The translations under genes and the position numbers were made by a program. Positions 36,380-45,023 of a stretch of 45,023 bases of DNA are shown here, piece by piece. The stretch is from Candidatus Saccharimonadota bacterium. GTDB lineage: Bacteria > Patescibacteriota > Saccharimonadia > Saccharimonadales > AWTP1-31. A model generated the notes under the pieces. The model was not told where the DNA came from. It saw only the letters and a list, made by a program, of their open reading frames with translations, and ran no database searches. The stretch covers positions 1-45,023 of the forward strand of contig JAPLYT010000013.1 of the NCBI GenBank assembly GCA_026395435.1. The letters are read 5' to 3'. Numbering within the stretch: the stretch's first letter is position 1; each line of letters starts with the position of its first letter.

Positions 36380-37186
36380 TTATTTTGAAGATTTAAGCGC
36401 TGAGCGGAGGACGTTGTCGAATAACGCACAGATGGTCAGTGGGCCGACGCCACCTTTTTCTGGCGTGATGGTAATGTTGGGCAATTCACGGACAGAAGCG
36501 GCGATGTCACCGACGAGGCCGTTGCTATCGGTGGCGACGCCTGCGTCCACGATGATTGCTTCTGGCTTGACCATATCAGCCGTGATGAGTGCTGGTACTC
36601 CTGTAGCACAAACGAGTACATCGGCGTCTTTGGTAGCGTCTGCCAGGTTCTTTACCGACCGGTCGAGAACGGTCACCGGGAGGTCTGAAGCTTCCCATAA
36701 AGCTGCGAGCGGTTTACCCACGAGCCGTCCATTTCCGACAATTACGATATTCTTGCCACGCAGATCAATATTGTATCCGGCGATAAGCCAGTTTATCGCC
36801 ATAGGCGTGGCTGCATCAAACGTAGTCTTGGCGCCCAGGCCATCTACATCTTTGCGAGGATCGACAGCGTTCAATATTTCATCTGTTTGCGAAACGTCAG
36901 GCAGTGGAATCTGGACGATGATACCGTGCGTATCTGGGTCGGCATTCAAAGTTTTGATGGTAGCAAGCGCATCTTTTTGATCGACGTCATGCACGATGAC
37001 ATCTACATCAATATCCTCACCGTATGATTGCTTCATCTTCATGTAGCTATTGACCACCGCACTCGGGTTGGTCCGGACAATAGCCAGGCGCGGCGTTACA
37101 CCACCACTTTGTCGAAGCGAACGGGATTGATGGAGCTGACGCTCTTTGATATAACTAGCCAAATCGAGGCCACTAAGTAATTTCAT
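36380..37186 (-). CDS. folD: Bifunctional methylenetetrahydrofolate dehydrogenase/cyclohydrolase
   Basis: HGIIVQIPLP, KDVDGL, LVGKP, IVDAG, GDI, ITPEKGGVGPLT. Confidence 0.95.
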   Translation of the reverse strand: MKLLSGLDLASYIKERQLHQSRSLRQSGGVTPRLAIVRTNPSAVVNSYMKMKQSYGEDIDVDVIVHDVDQKDALATIKTLNADPDTHGIIVQIPLPDVSQTDEILNAVDPRKDVDGLGAKTTFDAATPMAINWLIAGYNIDLRGKNIVIVGNGRLVGKPLAALWEASDLPVTVLDRSVKNLADATKDADVLVCATGVPALITADMVKPEAIIVDAGVATDSNGLVGDIAASVRELPNITITPEKGGVGPLTICALFDNVLRSALKSSK

Positions 37187-37232
37187 ATCTGTTATTTAAC
37201 CATATTCATCACGTTTTTAACAGAATTTCAAG

Positions 37233-37688
37233 TTAGTTGAGGTGGCTGCGGGAAAAAATCGTTTTACTATTTTCGAGTGTTGCGCTTAGTACGTACTTGA
37301 CGCAGGGTTTCTTGACATTGTCGCAGGCCATATCATCGGATGCCGTTGGCTGATAACTATAGATATTTGCAGTAGGCTTAGCCACCAGCGTCCCGCTTGT
37401 CCCCTTTGGATCTTTCATCTCCTCGGGTGTGAGGTCTTTTATGTTTTTGCGTACCCATGCACTATCGTTTAGATTTTTTAGCGTCGGATAGTACGCAGAT
37501 TGGGCAAAGAACGACTCGAGGCGTAAATGGAACGATTTAATGTCTGATTGACGTTGGGCGTCCCGCTTATTTCGAGAAATCTGCATGAACGAGTTCAGCC
37601 CAAATGACACGACAACTCCGATAAGTATAACCACGACAAACGTCTCAATAACGCTCAGCCCAAAATCCGGTTTTCGTAGTTTAGTCAT
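37233..37688 (-). CDS. Type IV pilin-like protein
   Basis: FGLSVIETFVVV prepilin-like cleavage motif; RDAQRQSDIK; C-terminal Cys pair; similar to the pilin at 44308-44775. Confidence 0.8.
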   Translation of the reverse strand: MTKLRKPDFGLSVIETFVVVILIGVVVSFGLNSFMQISRNKRDAQRQSDIKSFHLRLESFFAQSAYYPTLKNLNDSAWVRKNIKDLTPEEMKDPKGTSGTLVAKPTANIYSYQPTASDDMACDNVKKPCVKYVLSATLENSKTIFSRSHLN

Positions 37689-37724
37689 TATACATCCTTT
37701 AGTCTAGTATACCTGAAATTGAGC

Positions 37725-38024
37725 TTATTCTTGAAATGGATTTTCGCGAGCATCCTTGAAGAGTGTCTTCACTTCACTACTGTTATTCTCAAGTTTTTTG
37801 AGCTTATTCGCCGTCGATTGGTCTATCTTAAGCTGTTTGATAGTTTGCACTTTTTCATTAATGGACGTATCAGACGGCTGCTTTCTATTAAGAATATTTA
37901 TCTGGACCACAAGCGCTGCATACAAGATGGCGACCACCGTAATGCTAATAACAACACTATGATGGCGAAGCCACGCAAGTGCTTTAAAGATTAGTGGTAG
38001 GATATTTTTTACATCTGTATTCAT
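37725..38024 (-). CDS. Small single-TM protein of the pilus operon
   Basis: 99 aa, TM, ends R.NPF; coupled to the pilO-like gene. Confidence 0.65.
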   Translation of the reverse strand: MNTDVKNILPLIFKALAWLRHHSVVISITVVAILYAALVVQINILNRKQPSDTSINEKVQTIKQLKIDQSTANKLKKLENNSSEVKTLFKDARENPFQE

Positions 38025-38620
38025 GGTTTTATATAGGTACTTAACACCAAATTAAAGGTCAGGTTATTACGGTTAGAGGTAGTGGGCTGAATTGTTACGC
38101 TGGTAACTTGCGCGGTTCGTCTGTTTTTCTCAAGCTTACTCAAGAAGTCGAGAAATTTCTCATAGCTGATGGGAGCTCCGGTGTCTTGCTGAACCGTAAT
38201 TTGCATTTCATAGAGCTTCGGGATGCCTGCCACTGGTGTCACCTGGGTGACGGCCGTCTTTGCTCCAGAGATTTTAGATGACTGTCCAAGTGTCGAGGCG
38301 GGGAAGCTTACACTACTCAATTTGATGCCCAAACTTGAGGCAATCGATGTGATATCGCGAACCGTACGAGCTTGATCTTTATCCTGCGGCACAACAGATT
38401 GGGCAATACCGTTTAGCTCTTTGTATGTTTCGATATCCTTCTTTGCTTTCACCAAAAAACTTTGTTGCTCGTCGAGCACACGGTTCTCTAGCTTGACCGC
38501 CACGAGCTCGTCAGAACTCTTTTTGAGAATTCCAAAACTACTGATGAAAGCCACGATAATACCTGCGGTCATGAGTATCGAGAGACAAATCATGGCATAA
38601 AAGGTCTTTTTAGTGGTCAT
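38021..38620 (-). CDS. pilO: PilO-like type IV pilus alignment protein
   Basis: TM, coiled coil, YEKFLDFLSKLEKNRR...V.SV.I motif; follows pilM/pilN. Confidence 0.72.
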   Translation of the reverse strand: MTTKKTFYAMICLSILMTAGIIVAFISSFGILKKSSDELVAVKLENRVLDEQQSFLVKAKKDIETYKELNGIAQSVVPQDKDQARTVRDITSIASSLGIKLSSVSFPASTLGQSSKISGAKTAVTQVTPVAGIPKLYEMQITVQQDTGAPISYEKFLDFLSKLEKNRRTAQVTSVTIQPTTSNRNNLTFNLVLSTYIKP

Positions 38621-39213
38621 GATTTTGGCCCTTCTGGTGCGATAAACAAGTACGATTTGTTATCGCTAAACTGCGTCCTAATGATGACAGTGCAAGGATA
38701 ACGTGGGTCAGTGGCAGCGTCACTACAAGTGATATTAATAATGTCTGCTTTATCGAAAATCTTGTTTGCTGGGTCGGCTAAGTTCACTTGGATCTGCGTA
38801 CCCGTATTGTAATCCGATGCCACAGCAGTTAGCACCACGCTACGCTCAGTTTTACTAATTTTAAGATCGCTCAAACTGGTATTGGCCGGCATCACGGCGC
38901 CAATTTGCTTCAATAATTTACTAAACAAAATTTCTCGAGACAAGACATCGGTGGTGAGCTTTATATTGCCCGATATCTCCTCAACTTTGGTTTGTACGGA
39001 CTCCAAATTTTGACTCTTGATCGCATCTTGCGAACCTTGGACTTGGGCAGCATAGGCAGTTTTTGATTGTTTCATGTAGAATACCCCACCCTGCGTAATG
39101 AGCAGCATACCAAGAATGGATCCGAACAACACAATGCTAATTTTAAACAGCATAAAATTGCGACGAGACAGAGCGATATCGTTCTTAGTATCAGGGGGTA
39201 GAAGGTTGATCAT
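38617..39213 (-). CDS. pilN: PilN-like type IV pilus alignment protein
   Basis: Starts MINLLPP (PilM-binding motif) at ATG 39213; TM, coiled coil, IGAVMP. Confidence 0.82.
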   Translation of the reverse strand: MINLLPPDTKNDIALSRRNFMLFKISIVLFGSILGMLLITQGGVFYMKQSKTAYAAQVQGSQDAIKSQNLESVQTKVEEISGNIKLTTDVLSREILFSKLLKQIGAVMPANTSLSDLKISKTERSVVLTAVASDYNTGTQIQVNLADPANKIFDKADIINITCSDAATDPRYPCTVIIRTQFSDNKSYLFIAPEGPKS

Positions 39214-40274
39214 AGAAAGACCCCCTTCGGTGGAACCAAGGCAAGGCCAGCAACAGTCATAAACTGAGCACGCTGAGCCTCCCGTATCGGCTCTAGGCCT
39301 GTCTGATATTTCACAATTTGCCAAGGATCTGATGTTCGCACTGGTATGCGCAATGTATTGGTCATTCGATCTGCGAGGCCGGGGAGGTCTGCCCCTAATC
39401 CCATGATCACAATCTGTGTGATGCCTTGTTTTTGAGTATATCGATCATCGTAATACCGAATCATCCGCTTTATTTCTAGGAACAGTTGATCCAAGATCGG
39501 CTCAAGTGCCATTGAGATTTCGTTTTGTTTGATACTATAGTTCAGCCCAAATTTCGTTTTGATAAGTCGAGCCTCTTCTGGGGTAACACCAAGTTGAGAA
39601 GAGATGTTAGACGTGAAATTGTCACCTCCACCACCGACGGTGCCCGTAGCAATAATGTTTCCATCATACATAGTGATGTCAGCTGACGATTTTCCAAAGT
39701 CTATTAAAACCGTAGGAGATGTAAAGTGATCTTTTCCGTTAATCAGTCTCGTCGACGCGTCGACGCTCGTTTCGATAATGACAGGCTCAATGTCGAGAGA
39801 TTGGGCGAGTTCGAGGTAAGAGTCAACGATCTGTTTCGGGGCGGCAACAGCAAAAAGCTCTACATATTCAGGGGTTTCATAGAGCTGCGTGTAGTCGAGA
39901 TAGAGACTATCAATGGCGACAGGTATGTATTGCTCAGCTTCTAGTTGGACTGCGTCGGATACTTCTTTTTCTTCAAGGTGTGGTAGACGGATGGCTCGGC
40001 TAAATGTGCGAGCTGAGGGAATTGTGAGGGCAACTCGCGATGTTGAAATGTCTCCTTTAATGCCTGACTTGAGCATTTGTTTGACCGCTCGGGCTACCTC
40101 TGGCACGTCCACAAGAACCCCCTCTTTAATCGCGTCTGGATCAAAGGTACACGAACCGTATCCGAGGATCGTCCGTTTTCCATCGTGCTCTTCGATCTGC
40201 ATCGCCTGAGCGGTGCCAATGCCGATATCGAGCCCAAATAGTGGTTTATCGCGAAAAAAGTATGTATATTTCAT
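39210..40274 (-). CDS. pilM: Type IV pilus assembly protein PilM
   Basis: FGLDIG, EAEQYIP...LYLDY, VAAPK, LIDFG, GG..FT, actin-like fold, ends AGLAL. Confidence 0.9.
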   Translation of the reverse strand: MKYTYFFRDKPLFGLDIGIGTAQAMQIEEHDGKRTILGYGSCTFDPDAIKEGVLVDVPEVARAVKQMLKSGIKGDISTSRVALTIPSARTFSRAIRLPHLEEKEVSDAVQLEAEQYIPVAIDSLYLDYTQLYETPEYVELFAVAAPKQIVDSYLELAQSLDIEPVIIETSVDASTRLINGKDHFTSPTVLIDFGKSSADITMYDGNIIATGTVGGGGDNFTSNISSQLGVTPEEARLIKTKFGLNYSIKQNEISMALEPILDQLFLEIKRMIRYYDDRYTQKQGITQIVIMGLGADLPGLADRMTNTLRIPVRTSDPWQIVKYQTGLEPIREAQRAQFMTVAGLALVPPKGVFL

Positions 40275-40330
40275 AGTCCTGCTTGCCCGTCAAAGCATGA
40301 GCTTTATCCTAGTATACCAGATAGCAACGC

Positions 40331-41935
40331 TCACGGCTTGGTCAAAACTTCACGCCACGAAAGGATAGTATAACTGCTCGTGATCGGGAAGCTTGGCGGT
40401 GGGGCATACAACAAATTATTGTCATATTCGGTCGTATTATTTTCGATGCCCGAAATATATCCATTTACCGGATCTCGAACGGCATCACCGCATGCCCCTC
40501 CGACCTGCCATGTCCAGGTCCACGGTTGCCGTGTAGCGACCGATCCATAGAAGTTAAACTGCTGATTGGAATTCACCCAGCCTCGTGTGCACCGATTGCT
40601 ATTGACCCGATATTTTAATGGGTACTCGACCGTTCCCGCTTGGGCGATCATGGCTGCGTCTACTTCGAAGGTGAAGCTTCCGGTACTTGGCGGTGCATAC
40701 GGAGCGATAAGTACCGAGCCTTCAGCCACAAGGCCGATTGCATCTTGTCCATTTTTGGTGCTATAGACGATATCATCAGCCACCACAATATTGGCATTAT
40801 CGCTAGTTGCCAACCGCCCTGCAGCAATAGTCACCCGTCCATGGTAGGTAGGGTTGGTGCGAACCCAAACATTATCTTCGGCAAAGATAACACCTGATGC
40901 AGGAATAGTAATCCCCGAACCAACCACCGTCCGGCTCAATGCCGATGTGTATGGTGTGCTTGTATCTGTCTCGCCATTTACCGTCGACAGATCATAGGTT
41001 CCATTCGTGTTGAGCTGAATAAGATACCCTTTGGAAATTGAGAATGTAGAACTTCTACGAGGAAGGTACGAAGCCGTGCGCGTACTTGGCACTTGAGAAC
41101 ATGCGTTAGAACTTGTTGCCAGTGCAGATGTGGCCGGGTCATCAGAGAAAGCCGTTTTCTTAATCGTACAAAGATTGCCGCTAATCGCATTGAAATCGAC
41201 GGCTGGTACTGGGTATCGCCAATCAGTTTTTACTCGAGTATTACAATTGACGGGCGAGATGACGCTACTATTACACCAGACACCTGGGTGGCTGGTCGAA
41301 CCATTACCACCCAGTGCAGATGATGGAACATAGGTGCTATTAGCGCTCGTCACATCGGTGGTACTGGGGCCATCCATGCGGACTCCTTGGTTTGAGTGAA
41401 CTGGGCCCGAAGCAGTTTCAGTATTGCCAAACCACACAGCTGAATCAGACACGACGCCATAGCTCGCAAACGACGGAGCACCTATAAACGCATCGATAGT
41501 ACGAAGTATGTCAGAATTTCCGACGCGACCAATGGACCTCACTTTTACTACTGATGAGCCATTAGACTGCGGGTTTATATAAAGCGTATATGTCCCTTGA
41601 TTAACACCATTATCATCTATGTAATTATGCACAAACGGACCGTAGCCGAGTGTCGGATCCGGCGTCATGGCGACAGTACTACCGTCTTTGAAATCACTCG
41701 GGCTGTGGCTTAGGTGCCATAAATAGTAGTTGATCCCCGCTTCCGATATATTGAATGCTTGCTGCCGTTTAACGTTGTTGTTTACGCTATAGAGATTACT
41801 CTCTATCACTATAAATGTGGCTGAGGCCAAAATGGCGATGACGATGATGATTCCGATTGCTGCTGGAAGCACAAACCCATCTCCATCGTTTTTGAGTGGC
41901 CGAATTCTCTGAATGATTTTACGCAAATGAATCAT
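40331..41935 (-). CDS. PilX-like minor pilin with large C-terminal domain
   Basis: GFVLP (no Glu5) hydrophobic N-terminus, QAFNISEAGINY motif, ends YD.NL...PPP.FP...SWRE. Confidence 0.8.
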   Translation of the reverse strand: MIHLRKIIQRIRPLKNDGDGFVLPAAIGIIIVIAILASATFIVIESNLYSVNNNVKRQQAFNISEAGINYYLWHLSHSPSDFKDGSTVAMTPDPTLGYGPFVHNYIDDNGVNQGTYTLYINPQSNGSSVVKVRSIGRVGNSDILRTIDAFIGAPSFASYGVVSDSAVWFGNTETASGPVHSNQGVRMDGPSTTDVTSANSTYVPSSALGGNGSTSHPGVWCNSSVISPVNCNTRVKTDWRYPVPAVDFNAISGNLCTIKKTAFSDDPATSALATSSNACSQVPSTRTASYLPRRSSTFSISKGYLIQLNTNGTYDLSTVNGETDTSTPYTSALSRTVVGSGITIPASGVIFAEDNVWVRTNPTYHGRVTIAAGRLATSDNANIVVADDIVYSTKNGQDAIGLVAEGSVLIAPYAPPSTGSFTFEVDAAMIAQAGTVEYPLKYRVNSNRCTRGWVNSNQQFNFYGSVATRQPWTWTWQVGGACGDAVRDPVNGYISGIENNTTEYDNNLLYAPPPSFPITSSYTILSWREVLTKP

Positions 41936-42534
41936 AGATTCGTCTTCCGATTTCTCAGTGAAACGGTCAAACTATTTGAGCGAATGTCGTTATATTTTGG
42001 ACCAGTAATGACGATGGAAAGATTAACTTGAATCCCTTTTATAGTGTGAAGATCAGCGATAGGCTGCGGGATCGCCACCCCAGAAGAGTCGAGATATTCA
42101 AACGTCTTAACCAGAGGATCTTGATGGAAATTTTCGATAATCGTATAAGTGTGACTTTTTGCGGTTAGCAGCGAGCCATTTGGTGGGTTACCATCCATGG
42201 GCGTTACATCTGCATAGAGTGATGGCTTGGGGCCAGCCACATAGTAGCGGACATACGACACATAGGTGTCATTCGGTGAGAAATAGGAATAAAACGTTAG
42301 ATCATTGTTATTTGCAACGGTGATATCTGTTATGCCTCGGAAAACCGTTGCGATTCTCTGGGAACTCCTGGTGAGATTATCAAAAGCAGAGCTATCTTGC
42401 TGTAATCCCAGATAATTGAGGAATGAAGTATTAAACACCGTAAAGATGATAATTGCTGCTATGCCACTCAGCGCAATGACCACCGTTAGTTCAACCAATG
42501 TGAATCCATTCTCTTCTTTTTTATAGCGAAACAT
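41932..42534 (-). CDS. PilW-like minor pilin
   Basis: GFTLVEL N-methylation motif; ends V.LRN; start moved to ATG 42534. Confidence 0.82.
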   Translation of the reverse strand: MFRYKKEENGFTLVELTVVIALSGIAAIIIFTVFNTSFLNYLGLQQDSSAFDNLTRSSQRIATVFRGITDITVANNNDLTFYSYFSPNDTYVSYVRYYVAGPKPSLYADVTPMDGNPPNGSLLTAKSHTYTIIENFHQDPLVKTFEYLDSSGVAIPQPIADLHTIKGIQVNLSIVITGPKYNDIRSNSLTVSLRNRKTNL

Positions 42535-44092
42535 TGATTCCTCCCAACAGTGGTGCAGCAGGCAAGCTAAGCGTAGAACCACCAGAAATAATGCTTACTG
42601 CCGTCGATCCAACTGCAAATGCGCTTAAATCAACTGTGCAATCAATGATCAATCCTGCACTATCACCAATACAGCTGGCTGTTGAGGTTTGTGCGCCTTG
42701 CGTGACTTTAACTACACTACCGCAGCTTGCTGGCAAACTATTGCACGGTAAATTCGCCCCCGTTATTCGGAAGGCAAAGCTTGCGATAGTACCGCCGCTT
42801 TTACTGACTTCGCTCGGACTCATCGATGACACGCGAGGGAATGAACTGCTGGTGGTGAGAATGAGGCGAACTTTTTGGAGATAATTTGCTGAATTATAGG
42901 AGAAAACAGCCGGAGGACTGGTGCTGTTTGATGGCACAATAATTGGGCTCAGGACACTCGAACCGCCGTAAGGGACTGCCGCAGCTAGGTAGTAGGTCGT
43001 TCCTGCGACACTACAGCTTGTGGCCCCTGTATCTCCGCAGAATACATAACTTCCTGGGACCAGACTGCTGAGCGCACCCAGTCCAGATCCATCGGTAGTG
43101 GGCCGAACATCTGTAGGAGTCATATTGTCATAGTAATAACTTGTATCTGTTGTGGCGGTGTATTTTTTGTAGCCGCCTTTAGTGTACAATTTGACGCCAG
43201 CTAAAGGCGCTCCGCTGGTTGTAACGGTCTCAAGCGCGATGCTATTTGTGGCTTGCGGCATAATGGTCATGGTGGCATAGGAAGACTGTTGGGCAAAAAT
43301 GTTGAGGTTTGGATAATTTGGTTGCAGTACCCCCGAGGCAGGAATTGTAGTGAGCGTTGAATAATTTGTATTCTGAGTTGTTATCGAGTAGTCGAATCCC
43401 GTGGTATCAGGTGGTAGTCCATAGAAAATGGCAATCCCTGCATTATCGCTGGTGTCAGATAGCGCAACTGCTGGAGCGACAGTGGTATTGTTCACCGAGA
43501 CTGTAGCGCCAATCACAGGACTCCCCGTGCTGTCGATAACGTTGACAATCAAAGACCCGGTGTTGCTCGCCGTTTCTGCCACGCGTGCTGACACTTGGGT
43601 ATCCACTTCAGCAAGTTTCGCGTTTGTACGATTATAGGCCGTTACATGGATAATCTTATAGTCTTGGGGATTCTGATCGACGGCTGGCGCCCCAGAAGGA
43701 GCAGGATAATTACGGCAATACTTTTGTTTCAGTGCAAGCGTCGGATAGTTGGTGCAGCCATCGAATGCATCATCGATATAATTGATACTCGTTTTAATGG
43801 TATACGTATGATTATTAATCTTTTTTGTAACGGTCGATGGAAGCGGATTAGCAGAATAGATACTCCCTCCTGATACAGCCAAACTGTTATACGGGAGTGA
43901 CTTAAGATATTCCATCTGATTGGTGACAAGCGTTGAACCGGCAGATTTCTGTTTGGCGGTCAATGCACTACTAACCAGTGCGCTATACAAACCAAAAAAA
44001 CTCAGAGCGATCATGCCTAAGATGAAAATTCCGAGTACTAATTCGACAAGCGTTGAACCCGCTTGTTTATTTGTTTTGCAGTGCCCACGCAT
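42521..44092 (-). CDS. PilV-like minor pilin with carboxypeptidase-regulatory-like (Ig/transthyretin-like) domains
   Basis: GSTLVEL motif, QMEYLKSLPY, DYKII.V, GSLIVNVIDSTGSPVIGATV. Confidence 0.8.
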   Translation of the reverse strand: MRGHCKTNKQAGSTLVELVLGIFILGMIALSFFGLYSALVSSALTAKQKSAGSTLVTNQMEYLKSLPYNSLAVSGGSIYSANPLPSTVTKKINNHTYTIKTSINYIDDAFDGCTNYPTLALKQKYCRNYPAPSGAPAVDQNPQDYKIIHVTAYNRTNAKLAEVDTQVSARVAETASNTGSLIVNVIDSTGSPVIGATVSVNNTTVAPAVALSDTSDNAGIAIFYGLPPDTTGFDYSITTQNTNYSTLTTIPASGVLQPNYPNLNIFAQQSSYATMTIMPQATNSIALETVTTSGAPLAGVKLYTKGGYKKYTATTDTSYYYDNMTPTDVRPTTDGSGLGALSSLVPGSYVFCGDTGATSCSVAGTTYYLAAAVPYGGSSVLSPIIVPSNSTSPPAVFSYNSANYLQKVRLILTTSSSFPRVSSMSPSEVSKSGGTIASFAFRITGANLPCNSLPASCGSVVKVTQGAQTSTASCIGDSAGLIIDCTVDLSAFAVGSTAVSIISGGSTLSLPAAPLLGGINVSL

Positions 44093-44111
44093 ACATAATC
44101 ATTATACCTCG

Positions 44112-44223
44112 GCGTTGGGCTTCACGGGTATGTTTTATGCGCACTGTCCTCGTGCAGAATGTGATATATCTCACATTCCTACTGCGGATGTGCTCAAAAA
44201 CAACCCAATCACCCTCACCAGCG
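44112..44223. repeat. Long imperfect palindrome between the major pilin and minor pilin genes
   Basis: Nested arms GGGTATGTTTT/AAAAACAACCC, GCAC..TCC/GGA.GTGC, GCAG/CTGC and GAATGTGA(44157-44164)/TCACATTC(44171-44178). Confidence 0.6.
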
Positions 44224-44256
44224 TTTATTAGCATCATCCTGTAACACTCTCTAAAT

Positions 44257-44290
44257 AAAAGATCGAGGTCTTTCGACCCCGATCTTTTTT
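44257..44290. terminator. Intrinsic terminator after the major pilin
   Basis: AAAAGATCG-AGGTC-TTTC-GACCC-CGATCTTTTTT. Confidence 0.75.
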
Positions 44291-44307
44291 GTTAGTTCCC
44301 TCTATGA

Positions 44308-44775
44308 TTAAAGGTTTGTAACAGTTTTTAGTCCACCGCCTTCTTCGACGTAACTAATTGAGAACTTTGTACATTCGCTTCCCGCTACCGTGTTATCGCA
44401 CGTAGAGCCATCATCTTTGGTAGACTTGTAGCCGTACTTGAGACTCGTTGCGTCACCAGCATTAAACTGATAATCAGATGCTGCGGTTCCAGCTTTTGGA
44501 TCTCGGGTTGATTCCTTGTCGAGACCTTTGAGTTCACTCGAAATGAATGTCGCATTGTTCATATCAGTTGCCGTAGGATAGAAACTATTCTTAGCATTAT
44601 ATGTTTCAAGGTGACTTGCGACTGCCTTGATATCTGTTTGACGTTGCGTGTTACGAGCTGATTGTTGGATACCCGTAAATGTTACGAGTACTAATGTCGC
44701 CAAAATACCGATAACGATAATGACGATTAAGAGTTCCACGATAGTGAAACCAGATTGATTGCGTTTGAGAGACAT
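44308..44775 (-). CDS. Type IV major pilin-like protein
   Basis: GFTIVELLIVIIVIGILA; ARNTQRQTDI; C-terminal disulfide; strong AGGAGG RBS and own terminator. Confidence 0.9.
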   Translation of the reverse strand: MSLKRNQSGFTIVELLIVIIVIGILATLVLVTFTGIQQSARNTQRQTDIKAVASHLETYNAKNSFYPTATDMNNATFISSELKGLDKESTRDPKAGTAASDYQFNAGDATSLKYGYKSTKDDGSTCDNTVAGSECTKFSISYVEEGGGLKTVTNL

Positions 44776-44897
44776 GAGAGCCCACCCTCCTTGTTATGTT
44801 TTGTTTTAGAACGCTTTTGCACGTACCATACCACTGATTATAACCGTAAGCGTAACGGCGTCAAGCAGATTCATCAGCCTGCTTTGTGATATGTCGG

Positions 44898-45023
44898 TTA
44901 ATTTTGTTGGATATTTTTGCTGAGGTTAGCGATTGGGCCCATCACGCTGGCTGCTATGAGTCCGACGATGGCGCCAAGTACAATGATCATCAGCGGTTCG
45001 ATAAGTGAGCTCAAAGCGTCCAC
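44898..45023 (-). CDS. pilC: Type IV pilus/T2SS inner-membrane platform protein PilC/GspF, 3' end only
   Basis: Manually translated VDALSSLIEPLMIIVLGAIVGLIAASVMGPIANLSKNIQQN-stop. Confidence 0.88.
   Translation of the reverse strand: MDALSSLIEPLMIIVLGAIVGLIAASVMGPIANLSKNIQQN

Noticed and set aside
36414-36980. 188-aa plus-strand ORF and similar antisense ORFs over pgk, pyk, murD, the S8 protease and pilus genes
   Set aside because: Antisense to clearly conserved genes and lacking motifs or translation signals.
1-45023. CRISPR array, rRNA, transposase, prophage or defence system
   Set aside because: No regularly spaced repeats or recognisable motifs for these were seen by eye.

Overview
Bacterial chromosomal window whose gene content and style point to a Patescibacteria (CPR) genome, most likely Saccharimonadia/TM7. 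This is an inference from the compact genes, the G5/DUF348 Rpf-like gene next to rsmA, the CPR-type type IV pilus operon and frequent -10 boxes directly in front of start codons. Core genes: rsmA (5' end), rpfB-like, NUDIX, pcrA/uvrD (with a 362-aa intein and an in-frame palindromic insertion), tpiA, pgk, pyk, tRNA-Glu, HIT, S8 protease, murD, murI, folD and a type IV pilus cluster (pilC 3' end, major pilin, pilV/W/X-like, pilM/N/O). Three accessory systems stand out. (1) A five-gene peptide operon at 32.7-36.1 kb: a 65-aa hydrophobic two-Cys precursor, an RRE/PqqD-like plus M50 metallopeptidase, an ABC exporter and a small membrane protein. (2) An AT-rich cassette at ~21.2-27.0 kb between a membrane histidine kinase and a receiver protein. 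It carries DUF2156/GNAT-type transferases, a second receiver, an unannotated 57-aa graspetide-like precursor and a truncated ATP-grasp ligase. (3) A single-chain, mitochondrial-type PheRS-like gene inside the glycolysis cluster, preceded by an unannotated Phe-rich leader peptide with alternative terminator/antiterminator pairings. No CRISPR array, rRNA, integrase or transposase was seen. All family assignments come from motif recognition by eye; no database search was run.
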